DNA of 62,989 nucleotides from Nemertoderma westbladi. Lineage: Eukaryota > Animalia > Xenacoelomorpha. The notes beneath the pieces are model-generated. The model saw only the letters and a program-made list of their open reading frames with translations. It had not been told where the DNA came from and ran no database searches. The position numbers and the translations under genes are program-made. The DNA is taken from assembly GCA_032718475.1 (NCBI GenBank), contig JAUCBJ010007897.1:1-62989 (forward strand). The letters run 5' to 3'. This document shows, in pieces, positions 12,201-23,724 of the stretch (positions are counted from its first letter, which is position 1; the number at the start of each line of letters is the position of its first letter).

Positions 12201-14352
12201 ACTCACAAATAGCACGGGCACAATAACAGTCCACTAATAAGGGTAACTCACAAATAGCACGGGCACAATAACAGTCCACTAATAAGGGTAACTCACAAAT
12301 AGCACGGGCACAATAACAGTCCACTAATAAGGGTAACTCACAAATAGCACGGGCACAATAACAGTCCACTAATAAGGGTAACTCACAAATAGCACGGGCA
12401 CAATAACAGTCCACTAATAAGGGTCACTCACAAATAGCACGGGCACAATAACAGTCCACTAATAAGGGTAACTCACAAATAGCACGGGCACAATAACAGT
12501 CCACTAATAAGGATAACTCACAAATAGCACGGGCACAATAACAATCAACTAATAAGGGTAACTCACAAATAGCACGGGCACAATAACAGTCCACTAATAA
12601 GGGTAACTCACAAATAGCACGGGCACAATAACAGTCCACTAATAAGGGTAACTCACAAATAGCACGGGCACAATAACAGTCCACTAATAAGGGTAACTCA
12701 CAAATAGCACGGGCACAATAACAGTCCACTAATAAGGGTAACTCACAAATAGCACGGGCACAATAACAGTCCACTAATAAGGGTAACTCACAAATAGCAC
12801 GGGCACAATAACAGTCCACTAATAAGGGTAACTCACAAATAGCACGGGCACAATAACAGTCCACTAATAAGGGTAACTCACAAATAGCACGGGCACAATA
12901 ACAGTCCACTAATAAGGGTAACTCACAAATAGCACGGGCACAATAACAGTCCACTAATAAGGGTAACTCACAAATAGCACGGGCACAATAGCAGTCCACT
13001 AATAAGGGTAACTCACAAATAGCACGGGCACAATAACAGTCCACTAATAAGGGTAACTCACAAATAGCACGGGCACAATAACAGTCCACTAATAAGGGTA
13101 ACTCACAAATAGCACGGGCACAATAACAGTCCACTAATAAGGGTAACTCACAAATAGCACGGGCACAATAACAGTCCACTAATAAGGGTAACTCACAAAT
13201 ATCACGGGCACAATAACAGTCCACTAATAAGGGTAACTCACAAATAGCACGGGCACAATAACAGTCCACTAATAAGGGTAACTCACAAATAGCACGGGCA
13301 CAATAACAGTCCACTAATAAGGGTCACTCACAAATAGCACGGGCACAATAACAGTCCACAATAAGGGTAACTCACAAATAGCACGGGCACAATAACAATC
13401 AACTAATAAGGATAACTCACAAATAGCACGGGCACAATAACAATCAACTAATAAGGGTAACTCACAAATAGCACGGGCACAATAACAGTCCAGTAATAAG
13501 GGTAACTCACAAATAGCACGGGCACAATAACAGTCCACTAATAAGGGTAACTCACAAATAGCACGGGCACAATAACAATCAACTAATAAGGGCAACTCAC
13601 AAATATCACGGGCACAATAACAGTCCACTAATAAGGGTAACTCACAAATAGCACGGGCACAATAACAATCCACTAATAAGGGTAACTCACAAATATCACG
13701 GGCACAATAACAGTCCACTAATAAGGGTAACTCACAAATAGCACGGGCACAATAACAGTCCACTAATAAGGGTAACTCACAAATAGCACGGGCACAATAA
13801 CAGTCCACTAATAAGGGTAACTCACAAATAGCACGGGCACAATAGCAGTCCACTAATAAGGGTAACTCACAAATAGCACGGGCACAATAACAGTCCACTA
13901 ATAAGGGTAACTCACAAATAGCACGGGCACAATAACAGTCCACTAATAAGGGTAACTCACAAATAGCACGGGCACAATAACAGTCCACTAATAAGGGTAA
14001 CTCACAAATAGCACGGGCACAATAACAGTCCACTAATAAGGGTAACTCACAAATATCACGGGCACAATAACAGTCCACTAATAAGGGTAACTCACAAATA
14101 GCACGGGCACAATAACAGTCCACTAATAAGGGTAACTCACAAATAGCACGGGCACAATAACAGTCCACTAATAAGGGTCACTCACAAATAGCACGGGCAC
14201 AATAACAGTCCACTAATAAGGGTAACTCACAAATAGCACGGGCACAATAACAATCAACTAATAAGGATAACTCACAAATAGCACGGGCACAATAACAATC
14301 AACTAATAAGGGTAACTCACAAATAGCACGGGCACAATAACAGTCCAGTAAT
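9233..14352. repeat. 45-bp tandem satellite array, about 114 copies
   Basis: Unit TCACAAATAGCACGGGCACAATAACAGTCCACTAATAAGGGTAAC repeated nearly perfectly, with scattered single-base variants and one 1-bp indel near 13359. Confidence 0.99.
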
Positions 14353-14799
14353 GATGATGAAATATATTAAGACAATTTCAGATACTAAACGCCTCACCAT
14401 TAATGTCGCAGCTATGAAACTGTATTACAACGGTTTAATGTTTTGCTCTATGGCAATTAATGTTTTGTATTAATTATTATTACTACTGCCATCGTTTGTG
14501 TAGCCATATTCAGTATTTCACTCAAAATTAAATGAGTTACTAATTTAGTATTAAATTTTAACCAACTGCAATTGTTTGATTCAGTTGTCCCAACATATGT
14601 CCTTTCTTTCTGAGTTTAAAAACTTTCAGTTTTAAATTAAACTACAATAAACCTTGCCACCATATTTCTCGTATGGCCACTGCGATGTGCGATTAATAAT
14701 ATAATACAGTAGTTAATATAATAATCTAATATTAATTCTATATGGTGGTGATAATGATGCAACATGGGTACCTAAGTTACGTGGGAGAGTGTAATTTAA

Positions 14800-15435
14800 C
14801 ATGATAATTACGGTGTTGTCCTTTTTCAATGATCAAACATGTCATCGGCCATCGCTTTGATCCGGTGTTCTAAATGAGAAAATTCGATCCAACGTATAAT
14901 TCAGGAAGAGTATTGTACTGTCATATCGCATAATATGTGCAAACTTCGATGTCCCCATATTCAGCAGTCTGTCCCCATTCTTTGTCGAAGACTCGATTTT
15001 ACATCGGTAAGGCATATAGCCGTGTCACGTGTATAATTTAGCACTGAATCATTTCTTCCATATCAGCCTATACGACTAATTGTTATTCATACTGTCATAG
15101 CCTGTTCATAGCCATTGGATTGAATATATTATTGGGACGATAATCCTAATTCCATATCCCAGCCAGCAGAATAGTATTTAAAAATCTTATAGTCGAATTG
15201 GCTTGTGGACAGTGGCACCCCTGTTAACACAAAACAGATCTTTGTTGCAATTTGCAATGAAGATGGATCATCACGACATTGCGCCACAAGTGGGAACCCT
15301 GATAGTCTGTTAACATATACATTCTCGGTTTTCCCTGAAAGTAAAATAAATCAGCTGAAGCATTCAAATATTCGAGATGGTCTAGGTTCAGACACTAAAG
15401 TATATACATATACAAGTTTTATTACACATGTGCTA
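14800..15435 (-). mobile_element. Degenerate Ty3/Gypsy integrase fragment
   Basis: Minus-strand translation with frameshifts gives PSRIFE..SADLFYFQGK, RLSGFPLV, TGVP and QSNG.EQA, as in the integrase core. Confidence 0.65.
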
Positions 15436-16567
15436 GATAATGAAATTATTACCGGTTAAGGCCGGAAAAGTTGCATCACCGCACCAACAGTATTGTAGTA
15501 CCACTATTTTAGTACCGATCAGGGAGGTCGGATCCCCGCATCCCTGCACCATCCCCAAAGGTGAGTGCCCTCCATGGCCGTCGCCCACTCCGTAAGCATA
15601 ATGAGTTTGGAGCGCGAACTGTAGGCGCCTCCGCACACCACCCAAAACACAAGCGAGCCCGCGTTGTTCGCGCATCCCCTGCCGACGAGCCACAAGGGTC
15701 TCTCAGCGAGGTGGCGGATTAGGATGTCGGCCTCATTGTACCTTGCACCACACCCCGTCTTAATTAACTTAATGAACTACGTATGTTTTATTTTGCATTA
15801 TATTGTATTATAGGGTATCGTAAAATATTTACGGTTCATTTGCTGAGATATTATCTCGACAGACAGTGCAGTATATACAAGGCATAGCTGATAGACACAC
15901 TATCTGCGCCTAAAACCTGCGGCGAATACCACCACAAGTAGTCAGCCCAGTACTACAGCCCTATCAGCACCAGTAACCTATCATCATTTAGTTGATCAGA
16001 ATGTGTTCGTAGCCCAATAAACTAAATAATTAATCAATAATGGCTATAGTGCTTAGGGCACGATTGAAGGCAAAATGATTTGGTTATGCATCTATGCAAT
16101 AGTAATGTAGGCCATCCCACTGCTCTGTCTGGATGGTCCCCTATCATTGTTATTTAACCTAACTCAGAAAGCTCGCTTTGTTTAGGGTGTAACAAAAGAA
16201 TCCCCCTCGTGGGCAGCAGGGCTATATGCCATGGATAGATTCCGTGTCAACACTTCAAAATAATAATGAAATAATAGAATAATATTAATAATAAATAGTA
16301 ATAATAACGAAAACCAAACTAGCTACCATTGCACTGTCTCCAATGTGCTTACAGACATGTGTAGGTAGATTGTTAATTTTATTCTATTAACTGAAATGAT
16401 AGTACCAAAGTTATAAAATATATTTCGCAATAACATTTCTTATTACTAAAAAACTTACATAATTAGTAATTGTTCTTATGTTCTTACTAACGGTATTACC
16501 ATATACTAATCATATAACACAACCTTAACAATTACCTTATTATTCTATTTAATTTCAAATTGGTCTT

Positions 16568-16671
16568 TCGAAGTGTTCACATGGTTTTTCGGAAGTGTTG
16601 ACTATTTCGAAGTGTTGACTATTTCGAAGTGTTGACTATTTCGAAGTGTTGACTAATTCGAAGTGTTGACC
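16568..16671. repeat. 17-bp minisatellite (TTTCGAAGTGTTGACTA) x ~5
   Basis: Directly visible tandem copies. Confidence 0.85.
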
Positions 16672-16679
16672 ATTAATAT

Positions 16680-16950
16680 ACCCATGGATAGGCGGAAGGT
16701 ATTAGCAAGTCGTTAGACTTGATTACTGTAAGAATTGTTGACTGACTGGCTGGCTGACTGGCTGGCTGACTGGCTGGCTGGCTGACTGACTGAGTGACTG
16801 ATCTACAGCCAAAACTACTCTAACGATTTTGATGAAATTTTCACAGCGACTAGATACCACGATTCTAAGGTCCCTGGTATGATCGGCTACTACGTCCATA
16901 GCCTCTGGGCTCGAAAAATAGAGATAAACTAAAAAACGCCATAGGCGCAA
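16680..16950 (+). mobile_element. Non-autonomous Helitron/Helentron-type (DINE-1/HINE-like) fragment with GACT/GGCT microsatellite
   Basis: Short hairpin AAGTCgttaGACTT, then (GACT/GGCT)n at 16740-16800, then AAAACTACT..CGATTTTGATGAAATTT, a layout typical of such elements. Confidence 0.45.
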
Positions 16951-17255
16951 TGGTAAATTAACACCAATGACAGCTGGTGTCCTGATGAAAAATGGCTTAT
17001 GTAATGCATTTCTACACAAGGCTTTATAGTAATAAATCGATGAGGTTGCCAAGATTATTATACTTAGTACACCCATACTGTTTGTTTAGGCCCTCCCAAC
17101 CACTCTCTGGCAAAGCAAACATTAACTGGTTGGTTTAGTTTGAAGTCTATTAGCGCCTCAGCTGAATTACTCTTCCCAATGCATTCTACAAGTTACTCAC
17201 TCTGATAATGTAAGCTGAACGACTGTTAGGTACACATTGTCTTGGTTACTTTAAT

Positions 17256-17905
17256 GCCAACATTAATACTATGGAGACTGTATGTTTATAAAAGTGTATA
17301 TTTAATCAGCCACATAATATGATTCTCCATAGGCTAACATTATAGTTGGAAATGTAAAAATCACTGCTTATTATCTGTGTCAGCTTACACACTGGCATTT
17401 AAAATGTTTTATAGGTGAATGACATTTAGAATGAATGAAATTTATAGAGATGGCCTAGCAATGCTATTCAATAGAGAAATGGCCAACTAATTACATCTCA
17501 ACTCAACTCGAGTGAGACTGCTCGCATTGTTTGTACAGGACAAACAAACCTCGTCTGTCATAGACAGAGTGTAAGGCATAAAACAATTACACCATCTGGT
17601 TTGGCAACTAAATTCCTTTGCCCTACCTACCGCGTAGCTCAGAATTAGTTGAATGGACAGAACTTTCCACACCATCTGGTGTATAAACTAAAATACATTG
17701 CATCTAATTGTTTTATTTATAAATCTTTTGGCCAACATTAATACTGTGGAGACTATTTATAAAAGTGTATATTTAATCAGCCACATAATATGATTTTCCA
17801 TAGGCTAACATTGTAGTTTGAAATATAAATATCAATGCTTAATATATGTATCATCAAGTTACACACTGTGGCATTCAAAATGTTTTATAGGTGAATGGCA
17901 TTTAG
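17256..17905 (+). repeat. Direct duplication of ~175 bp (17256-17430 and 17731-17905)
   Basis: Shared GCCAACATTAATACT.TGGAGACT..TTTATAAAAGTGTATATTTAATCAGCCACATAATATGATT.TCCATAGGCTAACATT..AAAATGTTTTATAGGTGAATG. Confidence 0.8.
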
Positions 17906-18159
17906 CGGCTTCCCTTCAGACCATAGGCAAACATTGTTGAGGAAATTTACTTTAGTTTACTCTACTGTGCCATTCAGGTGAATGGATTTGAGTAATTGCT
18001 AAGTTACAGAGTGGAATCTCTCTCTCTGTCCATATGTAAATAACACTTTCCTTCAGACCATAGGCAAACATTGTTGATGGAATTTTCATCTCATTGATGA
18101 CTTCCGACTTGCTTAACGGCGTCTTGACGCCGTCTCTAGTCATACTAGGTTTAATTTCA

Positions 18160-18305
18160 TGGACAACCGGTTGTACATATATAGACCAACTTCAATGGGA
18201 TACTGTACTTGGGAGAAACGAAATTGCGACAACTGTGGAGAAGCGGGAAGCCTGGAAGGATATCATATCCACTGTCCGAGCTCGCTCAACCAAGTAGTAG
18301 TAGTA
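18160..18305 (+). mobile_element. RTE LINE 3' end fragment with (TAG)n tail
   Basis: Encodes TYIDQLQWDT..EKREAWKDI..VRARSTK* followed by TAGTAGTAGTA; an antisense relative lies at 20320-20760. Confidence 0.6.
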
Positions 18306-18350
18306 TCAGACATTAGGAAAGTTTTAGGAATGATGATACACTGGCCTTAA

Positions 18351-19909
18351 CCCTATTAAACCCGGGGGGGGGGGGGGTCAATATGACCCCCCCCGTGGTT
18401 TTTTTATTATAATTCTAAAACAAACGCAGTTGGGAATCTGAAATTTTATGACTTTTCCTAAAAATCTATTGTCTTCCTAGTAGTAAAAACCGTTTTCAAA
18501 AATATTGGGTAGTTTTCGAGTTATAGCACCATTTTTTAACCCTACTTTTGGCACTTTTTTTGAGACGTTTTTTGAAAATTACATTTCATTAAATATTAAT
18601 TGTAACATCTCTATTTTTGATTTACACCGGTTTTTTGGTGTTAGCAATTCGATGGAATTTATATAAATTGTTTTAGAAATTTCAAACTTGTTCTTTTCGG
18701 CGGGTGCCAAATTTTGGTGCCAGCACCAAATTTTGAAATATGTCAATTTTTTAAATTGATTGTTTGAAACTTGTTTTTTACGCAATTGGGGTTTTTTGGG
18801 GTTCTGGTTTCGATGAAATATATACGAGTTGCACCAAGCGTATCAAACTTGTATTTTTCGGTGCTGTGTGCAAATTTTGGTGCTAGCACGAAATTTTGAA
18901 AATCCATTCAATAGATAAAATTGCTTGTGACAATTTAATTCTTGCATTTTAGAGGTTTATGGCTGTTCTGAATTCAATGGAATATATAATTATCGAACTA
19001 GACATCTCAAACTTGTATTTTTCGGAAGTGGGTGCAAAATGTGGTGCTAGCACCAAATTTTGAAAACATCATATATATCAATTGATTGTGTCATCTTGTT
19101 TCTTGCGTTATACGGGTTTGTTAGGGTTCTGAATTCAATGGAATTCGTAAAAATTTCTTAAGAGTTTTCAAACTTGTATTTTTCGCCGGTGGTTGAAAAT
19201 TGTTGTGCCAGCACCAAATTTTGGAAAATGAGTAAATTGATCAGTAGATAGTATCATCTTGTTTCTTGCGTTATACGGGTTTTTGAGGGTCCTGAATCCG
19301 ATGGAATCAATAAAAACAGCACTGGACATCGCAAACTTGTACTTTTTGGTTATGGGTACGAAATTTAGTGCTAGCACCAAAATTTGCAAAATTACGCCAA
19401 AAAATACAATTAGCAATGATCTGGCATATTTGAAATGTATTCCATTAGAATCAGCGCCCAAGAAAACCTGAAAATGTGCATTTATAGCATCGTATAAGTG
19501 AATTGAAAATTTTGTGTTCTAACTGAAAAGTGCTGGTTACTTGTTTTTTTCATTTTTTTCCTACGCATAGAGGACTAAACAGCCATTTATGGTAATCTTA
19601 TCATTTTTAAATATTTTCAAATGTATTTTGCGCCCCAGAAAACCTGTTTTGAAAAACAATTAGCCGAAAAATGTAACTTTCAAATTTTGTGAAAATTGTG
19701 CTCTACTTGTAATTTTGGTGCTGCAATATTACCACCCCAGTACCTTTTTTCGAAAATTTTTTTTTTCGGTCGGATCCAGACTAGTGATACCTACGTACAA
19801 ACAAAAAATCAGACGTTTTCGTTAATATTTGTAGATTTTAGAGGGAGGGGTCAATATGACCCCCCCCCCCGGTATTTGTACAGCATTTTATAGCCCGGTA
19901 CTAATAGGG
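18351..19909. mobile_element. Non-autonomous piggyBac-like DNA transposon
   Basis: TTAA on both sides (18347-18350, 19910-19913); termini CCCTATTA..CCGG / CCGG..TAATAGGG; palindrome GGGGTCAATATGACCCC near both ends; five internal ~162-bp subrepeats; no transposase ORF. Confidence 0.8.
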
Positions 19910-20319
19910 TTAAGAGTATCAAATCATCTTCAATGGATAATTAATTCCACAATTGTTCATTTGTTGTATGAAAAAATTACTTATATCCGTAAATTGAAAA
20001 TCATTTCCCATCACTTATTAGATTTTGATAATAAGTATCACCCCTAGCGATAATTATTAATTCTTCTAAAATTGGATCTTTATATTTAGATTGACATTCT
20101 GTATTACAAGACTTCTTTTAGGTTATCAGTTTGTCTTCAATGACATATTACATTCTCTCATGCATCATCATCATATATCTTGCTTTTTTTCCAATTAACA
20201 GTGTAGCCTAATTATTATAGGTAAATACATTTATTTTATAATTTAATACCAGAATCAATCATATCATATGTACGTACAATGTACATCTATTCATGATTTG
20301 AAGTAAAGGTATATGGCAT

Positions 20320-20945
20320 ACTACTACTACTACTGCTCCTGCTACATACTACTACTGCGAACTCGGACAGTGGAAATGAGATACTTCCAGGCTTCCCGAT
20401 TCTCCATAGTTGTCGCAATTTCGTTTCTCTCAAGTTCAGTATCCCTTTCAAGCTGGTCTCTTTATGTTATAGCCAGTCGTCCACGGGTATGCTTTCAATG
20501 TGTTGGATGCCTGAAAAGTAGATCTGATATGACCTCGTCTTTACTTCGCAGGCAGTGCACACTGAATCTCAATATGCGTTCACGGCAGGTGGTTGATAAA
20601 GGTGGTATAGTACCATAGAGCTCGGTGTTTGTCATGTGTGATGTTTAGTGAGCTGATGTTTAGGGCTGCCCTTAGTAGTAGTGCCCTTAGCAACCATCAA
20701 TTCGGTGTCCAAGTGATTTCGTCAGTGTCCAGGTCTCACCCCCATACAAAGTGCTACTACTACTAGGATCGGCATGCTGCATTGCAGCTGCATTTTTAAG
20801 AATGCTGTGCCGGCTTGGCGACAAAATTGCACCACCACAACTCCCTATCACACATGACATTGTCTAGATCATCCGCATCTTCAAGGCCAGAGTCCTTTAA
20901 GATTGGTCTCAAGAAAGACATGGACTGTCCACCATGCTTATTCAC
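20320..20945 (-). mobile_element. RTE LINE 3' end fragments (two adjacent pieces, each with a (TAG)n tail)
   Basis: CTACTACTA tails at ~20321 and ~20754. 20760-20945 is the reverse complement of the RTE 3' end at 21555-21850 and continues beyond the hAT insertion at 23100. Confidence 0.7.
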
Positions 20946-21370
20946 TAGGGTGGGCCGATTTTCAGTTTTTGATGAATTTTTATTTGTCTACCAACTAAAA
21001 AGTTGCCTTTCTATCCGAAATCAACATACAAATTATTTTTAGTGTAAAAAATGAAAATTACCCCCTGCACCAAGAGATCGAAAATTTACAATTAACCAAA
21101 AAAAATTGAATTTATTACAGTAGTTTTAATAATGCCATTTACTACATAGAGGTGTTTTCTTCTTTATAAACCTTTTCTAACAGGATGAAAATTATGTTAA
21201 CAATTTGGTATTTAATTCAATAATATAATTTGACCCCTGCACTAACTCACTGAAAGAAGTCAATTATTAGTAAAATTGCTTAAATTTTACAAATTATTTT
21301 ATGCTCTAATTACAGTATATTAACACGTAAACAAGTAATTGATAATTAATATATCAATGTTGTCGCTTCT

Positions 21371-22010
21371 GGGTGAGTACAAAACAAAGACCTAATTAAG
21401 TAACCTGCATAATCTTGTAACATGTGTTAACTTTCGTTTATTGTTTTGGTTCCCCCAATACGCCTCTGTAACCTGCTCCTTTACTAACCTGCTCCTTTAA
21501 ATGGCAATGGGACCTTACGCTCTTTAGGACCTAACGCTGTTTTGGACCTAACGCAACTTGTTTTAACACTAGAACAAAATCGCCTCCGCTTTGCAGGACA
21601 TTGCTTTCGCCGTGAGGACCAGCCAGTGCATAATCTTGTACTTTGGCAGCCTCATGGAGTGAATAAGCATGGTGGACAGCCCATGACTTTCTTGAGATGC
21701 ATCTTAAAGGACACTGGCCTTGAAAATGCGGATGATCTAGCAAATGTTATGGGTGATAGGGAGTTGTGGCGGCGCAATTTTGTCGACAAGCCGGCACAGC
21801 ATTCTTAATAATGCAGCTGCAATGCAGCATGTCGATCCTAGTAGTAATAGTTTGTACAGAACGGGCAGTAAAATCTTGGGTCTTTGTTTTGTACAGAACG
21901 GGCAGTAAAGTCTTTGGTCTTTGTTTTGTACATAACGGACAGTAAAGTCTTGGGTCTTTGTTTCGAACAGAACGGGCAGTAAATCTTGGGTCTTTGTTTT
22001 GTACTCACCC
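21371..22010. mobile_element. MITE with 22-bp perfect TIRs nested in the hAT element
   Basis: GGGTGAGTACAAAACAAAGACC at 21371 and its exact reverse complement ending at 22010; ~38-bp subterminal tandem repeats at 21850-22000; no clear TSD. Confidence 0.75.
21555..21850 (+). mobile_element. RTE LINE 3' end fragment (family B)
   Basis: RLRFAGHCFRREDQPVHNLVLWQP..DTGL..MGDRELWR* followed by TAGTAGTAA. Confidence 0.8.
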
Positions 22011-23099
22011 TGTAGGCGCTTTTGATTCATGCCTTTGACACACTATTAACTATCCTTTCACCGACAGGACAATTAGTCAATTTAGATTAATTTTTTTCGG
22101 CCATTAGTCAAGGGATTACTACAAAGTCTGTCAACTTGTTTCCAGTGCGGTCCCCCCTAGAACTATACTCCCATGAGAAATGTAAATTCAATGCAACCAC
22201 TACCCCAAGGTGGGAGGGAACCTCACATTTAATAAATATTATTTTTTAAATATGGGTCTGACAAACATACCTTTTACGCGAATTTGCTCCAATTTATTTC
22301 AAATTAAAGATTAAATATTAATACAATTATTATTCACTACAGCAATTTGTAGCAATTTGTAAAATTTAACAAACAGACCTGAGATTTTGTAGATATTATA
22401 TTTTTGATAGTATGATATATATAAAGAAATATTTTGTAATAATTATATTAATTTATATAAATAGATTTAATTTTCATATTATTGCAGATGCCTTTTTCAA
22501 AATAAATATATGCCTATTTTTTATAGCATTTCTAGGTTTATTAACATTTACTATTTAAAAAAAATAAGTTTTTGTTAATTTCATGAATAGCATATTTGAC
22601 TAACCAACAACACAGTTTGAATTCCTTGTGAGTCGAAAAATTCGGCAAAAGCATCCACAATATCCACATATTCATACTGTTTCAATTTCCCTCCCATTTT
22701 CTAACATATTTTATATCATTGAAAATAATATGAATTAGGTTCTGTTTTAATTGAAATAATCAAATTGTAACAAAAATGTCTTATTATTGATTATGTTTAC
22801 GAGTCTTCTATCCTATATGGCATCGAATACATCGTTTTTATTAGAATTTCCATACCATTCCTTAATAAAGAAGAGAATACCAATATACAGTAATTCAAAA
22901 TATTATAACTACAGTATAATAATTAAATGGATTTTTTTGGTTAATTGTAAATTTTCTAGCTCATGGTGCAGGGGGTATTTTTCATTTTTTCGCACTAAAA
23001 ATAATTTTTATGTTTATTTCGGATGGAAAAGCAACTTTTTAATTGGTAGACAAATAAAAATTCAACAAAAACTAAAAATCGGCCAACCCTATTATTCAC

Positions 23100-23702
23100 T
23101 CCATGAGGCTGCCAAAGCACACTATTATGCACTGGGTGGTCCTCACTGGTGGTCACGCAATGTCCTGCAAAGCGGAGGTGGCTTTGTTCTAGTGTCAAGC
23201 TTGGGGGAACCAATGAGAAACCTCCAATGTTATATAGTATCTGGTTGGAGATGTGTGCATTGTACTTGACACAGTGAACTCACTTGACTTCCAGACCCAT
23301 GATCCCAGGTGACAGAAGTCGTCCACATGCTCAAGCATACCATCCTTTGAGCTTATGCTCTTCCAGTCATAGACTTGCTGAGGACTTTCCAAGTTAACTG
23401 TCAAAATTTTGGTCTTTTTGGAGTTAATAAGAAGACCAACACTAGAAGCAGCCTGTACTAATGAGCTGAGGAGCCATTGGGCTCCCTCTAGTGATTCTAA
23501 GAGTATACCTATGTCATCAGCAAAGTCTAGATCAGTTATGTACTTGGCAGGATTTCCTCGACTACTGGAGCCAGTAGGTGGAGTTAACATCACCCCATCG
23601 TCATTATGATGATCTAAGTACATGCATAGAACGTAGTCAACCATAATTATGAACAAGAACGGTGCGAGTGTGTCTCCCTGGAGGACTCCCCATAATACTT
23701 CA
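23100..23702 (-). mobile_element. RTE LINE fragment (family B), RT C-terminal part
   Basis: ORF 23195..23656 contains DLDFADDI, SVGLLINSKKTK and DFCHLGSW; closely similar to 28590-29000. Confidence 0.85.
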
Positions 23703-23724
23703 AATGAGAATGAAAAAGTGAAAA

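Larger units (their letters stand above)
20946..23091. mobile_element. Non-autonomous hAT (hATm-like) DNA transposon inserted in an RTE 3' end
   Basis: 8-bp TSD TTATTCAC (20938-20945, 23092-23099); TIRs of roughly 170 bp beginning TAGGGTGGGCCGATT / AATCGGCCAACCCTA. The empty site CCATGCTTATTCACTCCATGAGG is seen in the RTE copy near 21650. Confidence 0.85.

Noticed and set aside
9193-14168. Three long minus-strand ORFs of (DCYCARAICELPLLV)n that look like a Cys-rich repeat protein
   Set aside because: A by-product of a 45-bp unit with one stop-free frame: the starts are GTG, recurrent variants create stops (12424, 13324, 14179), a 1-bp indel breaks the frame, and there are no unique flanking domains.
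9233-14352. CRISPR-like array
   Set aside because: Contiguous identical monomers with no unique spacers, no cas genes, and a eukaryotic context.
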